Source of the DNA: Bacteroidota bacterium | Lineage (GTDB): Bacteria > Bacteroidota > Bacteroidia > Bacteroidales > JADFUO01 | Direction: 5' to 3' | NCBI GenBank assembly: GCA_030622635.1 | Contig: JAUXFX010000002.1 | Coordinates: 1 to 46,604, forward strand | DNA length: 46,604 bases | Shown: positions 45,285-46,604 of the stretch, one piece after another | Position numbering within the stretch: the first letter of the stretch is position 1 | Layout of the letters: every line of letters starts with the position of its first letter | Program-made: the position numbers and the translations under genes | The notes under the pieces: model-generated | Database searches by the model: none | What the model saw: the letters and a program-made list of their open reading frames with translations, nothing else | Told to the model about the DNA's origin: nothing

Positions 45285-46484
45285 TTAATTCGTTTTCCCC
45301 GGATAAACCTTCAGTGCTTCCTCAAGACATTTCATTGAACTTTTCAGATCATCAACTTTAAGAACGTAGCTTATCCTTACTTCATCCTTACCTCTGCCCT
45401 TTGTAGAATAAAAGCCGGACGCAGGTGCCAGCATCACAGTTTCATTATTATATTCAAAATCCTCAAGCAGCCACCGGCAGAATCTATCGGAATCATCAAT
45501 AGGTAATCTGGCAACTACATAAAATGCTCCGCTTGGATTCGGGCAAAATGCACCGTTAATTTTATTTATTGATTCAACAACAACATCACGCCTGGCAAGA
45601 TATTCTTTCAAAACATCATCAAAATATGAATCAGGAGTATCAATAGACGCTTCGGCTGCAACCTGTCCAAGTGTCGGTGGACTTAATCTTGCCTGAGCAA
45701 ATTTCAGGGCTGTCAGCATAACTTCTTTATTCTTTGATATCATACAGCCGATTCTCACACCACAGGCACTATAACGCTTGGAAACCGAATCAATTAAAAT
45801 TACATTATTCTCAATTCCTTTAAGATGCATAGCTGAATGATGTTTTTTCCCATCATAACAAAATTCACGGTAAACTTCGTCGGAAATAAGATATAAATCG
45901 AATTTTTTTACAATATCTCTTAATGTGTCTAATTCTTCTTTTGAATAAAGATAGCCCGTAGGATTGTTTGGATTACAAATTAATATAGCTTTGGTTTTCG
46001 GGGTTATTGCTTTTTCAAAATCAGCGATTGGAGGTAATGCAAAACCTGTTTCAATTGATGAAAATATTGGTTTTACAATTACTCCTGCATTTGTTGCAAA
46101 GCCATTATAATTGGCATAAAACGGTTCGGGGATAATTATTTCATCACCCGGGTCAAGGCAGGTTTGCATAGCAAAAAGTATAGCTTCGGAAGCTCCTGCA
46201 CCGATTATTATCTCATCAGCAGTTATATCAATATTATGCTTTTTATAATAATTAACAAGCTTTTTACGGTAAGAAGGGATCCCTGCCGAATGGCTGTATT
46301 CAACAACTTTTGCTTTGAAGTTCCTGATAGCATTTAATGCAACTTCAGGGGTTTCAATATCAGGCTGTCCGATATTAAGGTGATAGACTTTTATACCTTT
46401 CTTTTTTGCTTCATCAGCATAAGGTACAAGTTTCCTGATAGGCGATTCAGGCATCATCCTGCCTTTATTTGATATTTTTGGCAT
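45285..46484 (-). CDS. class I/II PLP-dependent aminotransferase (aspartate/aromatic type)
   Basis: SVSKRYSACGVRIG PLP-lysine motif, NPNNPTG, 399 aa. Confidence 0.85.
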   Translation of the reverse strand: MPKISNKGRMMPESPIRKLVPYADEAKKKGIKVYHLNIGQPDIETPEVALNAIRNFKAKVVEYSHSAGIPSYRKKLVNYYKKHNIDITADEIIIGAGASEAILFAMQTCLDPGDEIIIPEPFYANYNGFATNAGVIVKPIFSSIETGFALPPIADFEKAITPKTKAILICNPNNPTGYLYSKEELDTLRDIVKKFDLYLISDEVYREFCYDGKKHHSAMHLKGIENNVILIDSVSKRYSACGVRIGCMISKNKEVMLTALKFAQARLSPPTLGQVAAEASIDTPDSYFDDVLKEYLARRDVVVESINKINGAFCPNPSGAFYVVARLPIDDSDRFCRWLLEDFEYNNETVMLAPASGFYSTKGRGKDEVRISYVLKVDDLKSSMKCLEEALKVYPGKTN

Positions 46485-46567
46485 AATTATAACTTTTAGA
46501 TTTATATTATATCAAAATTTAATATCTAATCATTTTTATATACAATTGCTGAATTATAATAGAAATA

Positions 46568-46604
46568 ATGGAATGATGGAGTAATGGAGTAATGGAGTGA
46601 TGTA
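46568..46604. repeat. GGAGTAAT/GGAATGAT repeats, reverse complement of the 33743-33895 family, cut by the window edge
   Basis: Read directly. Confidence 0.8.

Overview
This is a 46.6 kb low-GC chromosomal segment that looks Bacteroidota/FCB-like: it has T9SS C-terminal sorting domains, GWxTD, DUF4293 and DUF1343 genes, and TAnnTTTG -7 boxes. I found no rRNA, tRNA, CRISPR array, transposase or integrase. The window splits into three parts. (1) 1-6.6 kb is an accessory arm. It starts with a GC-rich structured non-coding piece cut by the window edge. A co-oriented array follows: orphan membrane proteins, a PD-(D/E)xK nuclease with a large unknown N-terminal region, an unknown 374 aa protein, and two MNT/HEPN toxin-antitoxin modules, one with a decayed HEPN. 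GC-rich imperfect palindromes punctuate the array, and one of them is attC-like. (2) The middle is core housekeeping: truA, split transketolase, Sir2 deacylase, carbamate kinase, rmuC, rho, mpl, a LolE-like permease and an aminotransferase. It also holds a yoeB toxin whose yefM antitoxin carries an in-frame stop, and a GC-rich FISUMP-domain gene bracketed by 63-nt direct repeats. (3) A sulfur module contains cysH (Fe-S APS-reductase type) and a dissimilatory-type aprBA-qmoABC cluster. The qmoB-qmoC junction of that cluster carries a four-helix-bundle (23S IVS/Avd-like) gene flanked by 21-bp perfect inverted repeats. A DASS transporter, a ComA homolog and an ASST-like protein lie elsewhere in the window. 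Almost every intergenic region carries tandem heptamer repeats from a small reused vocabulary, plus small perfect hairpins.
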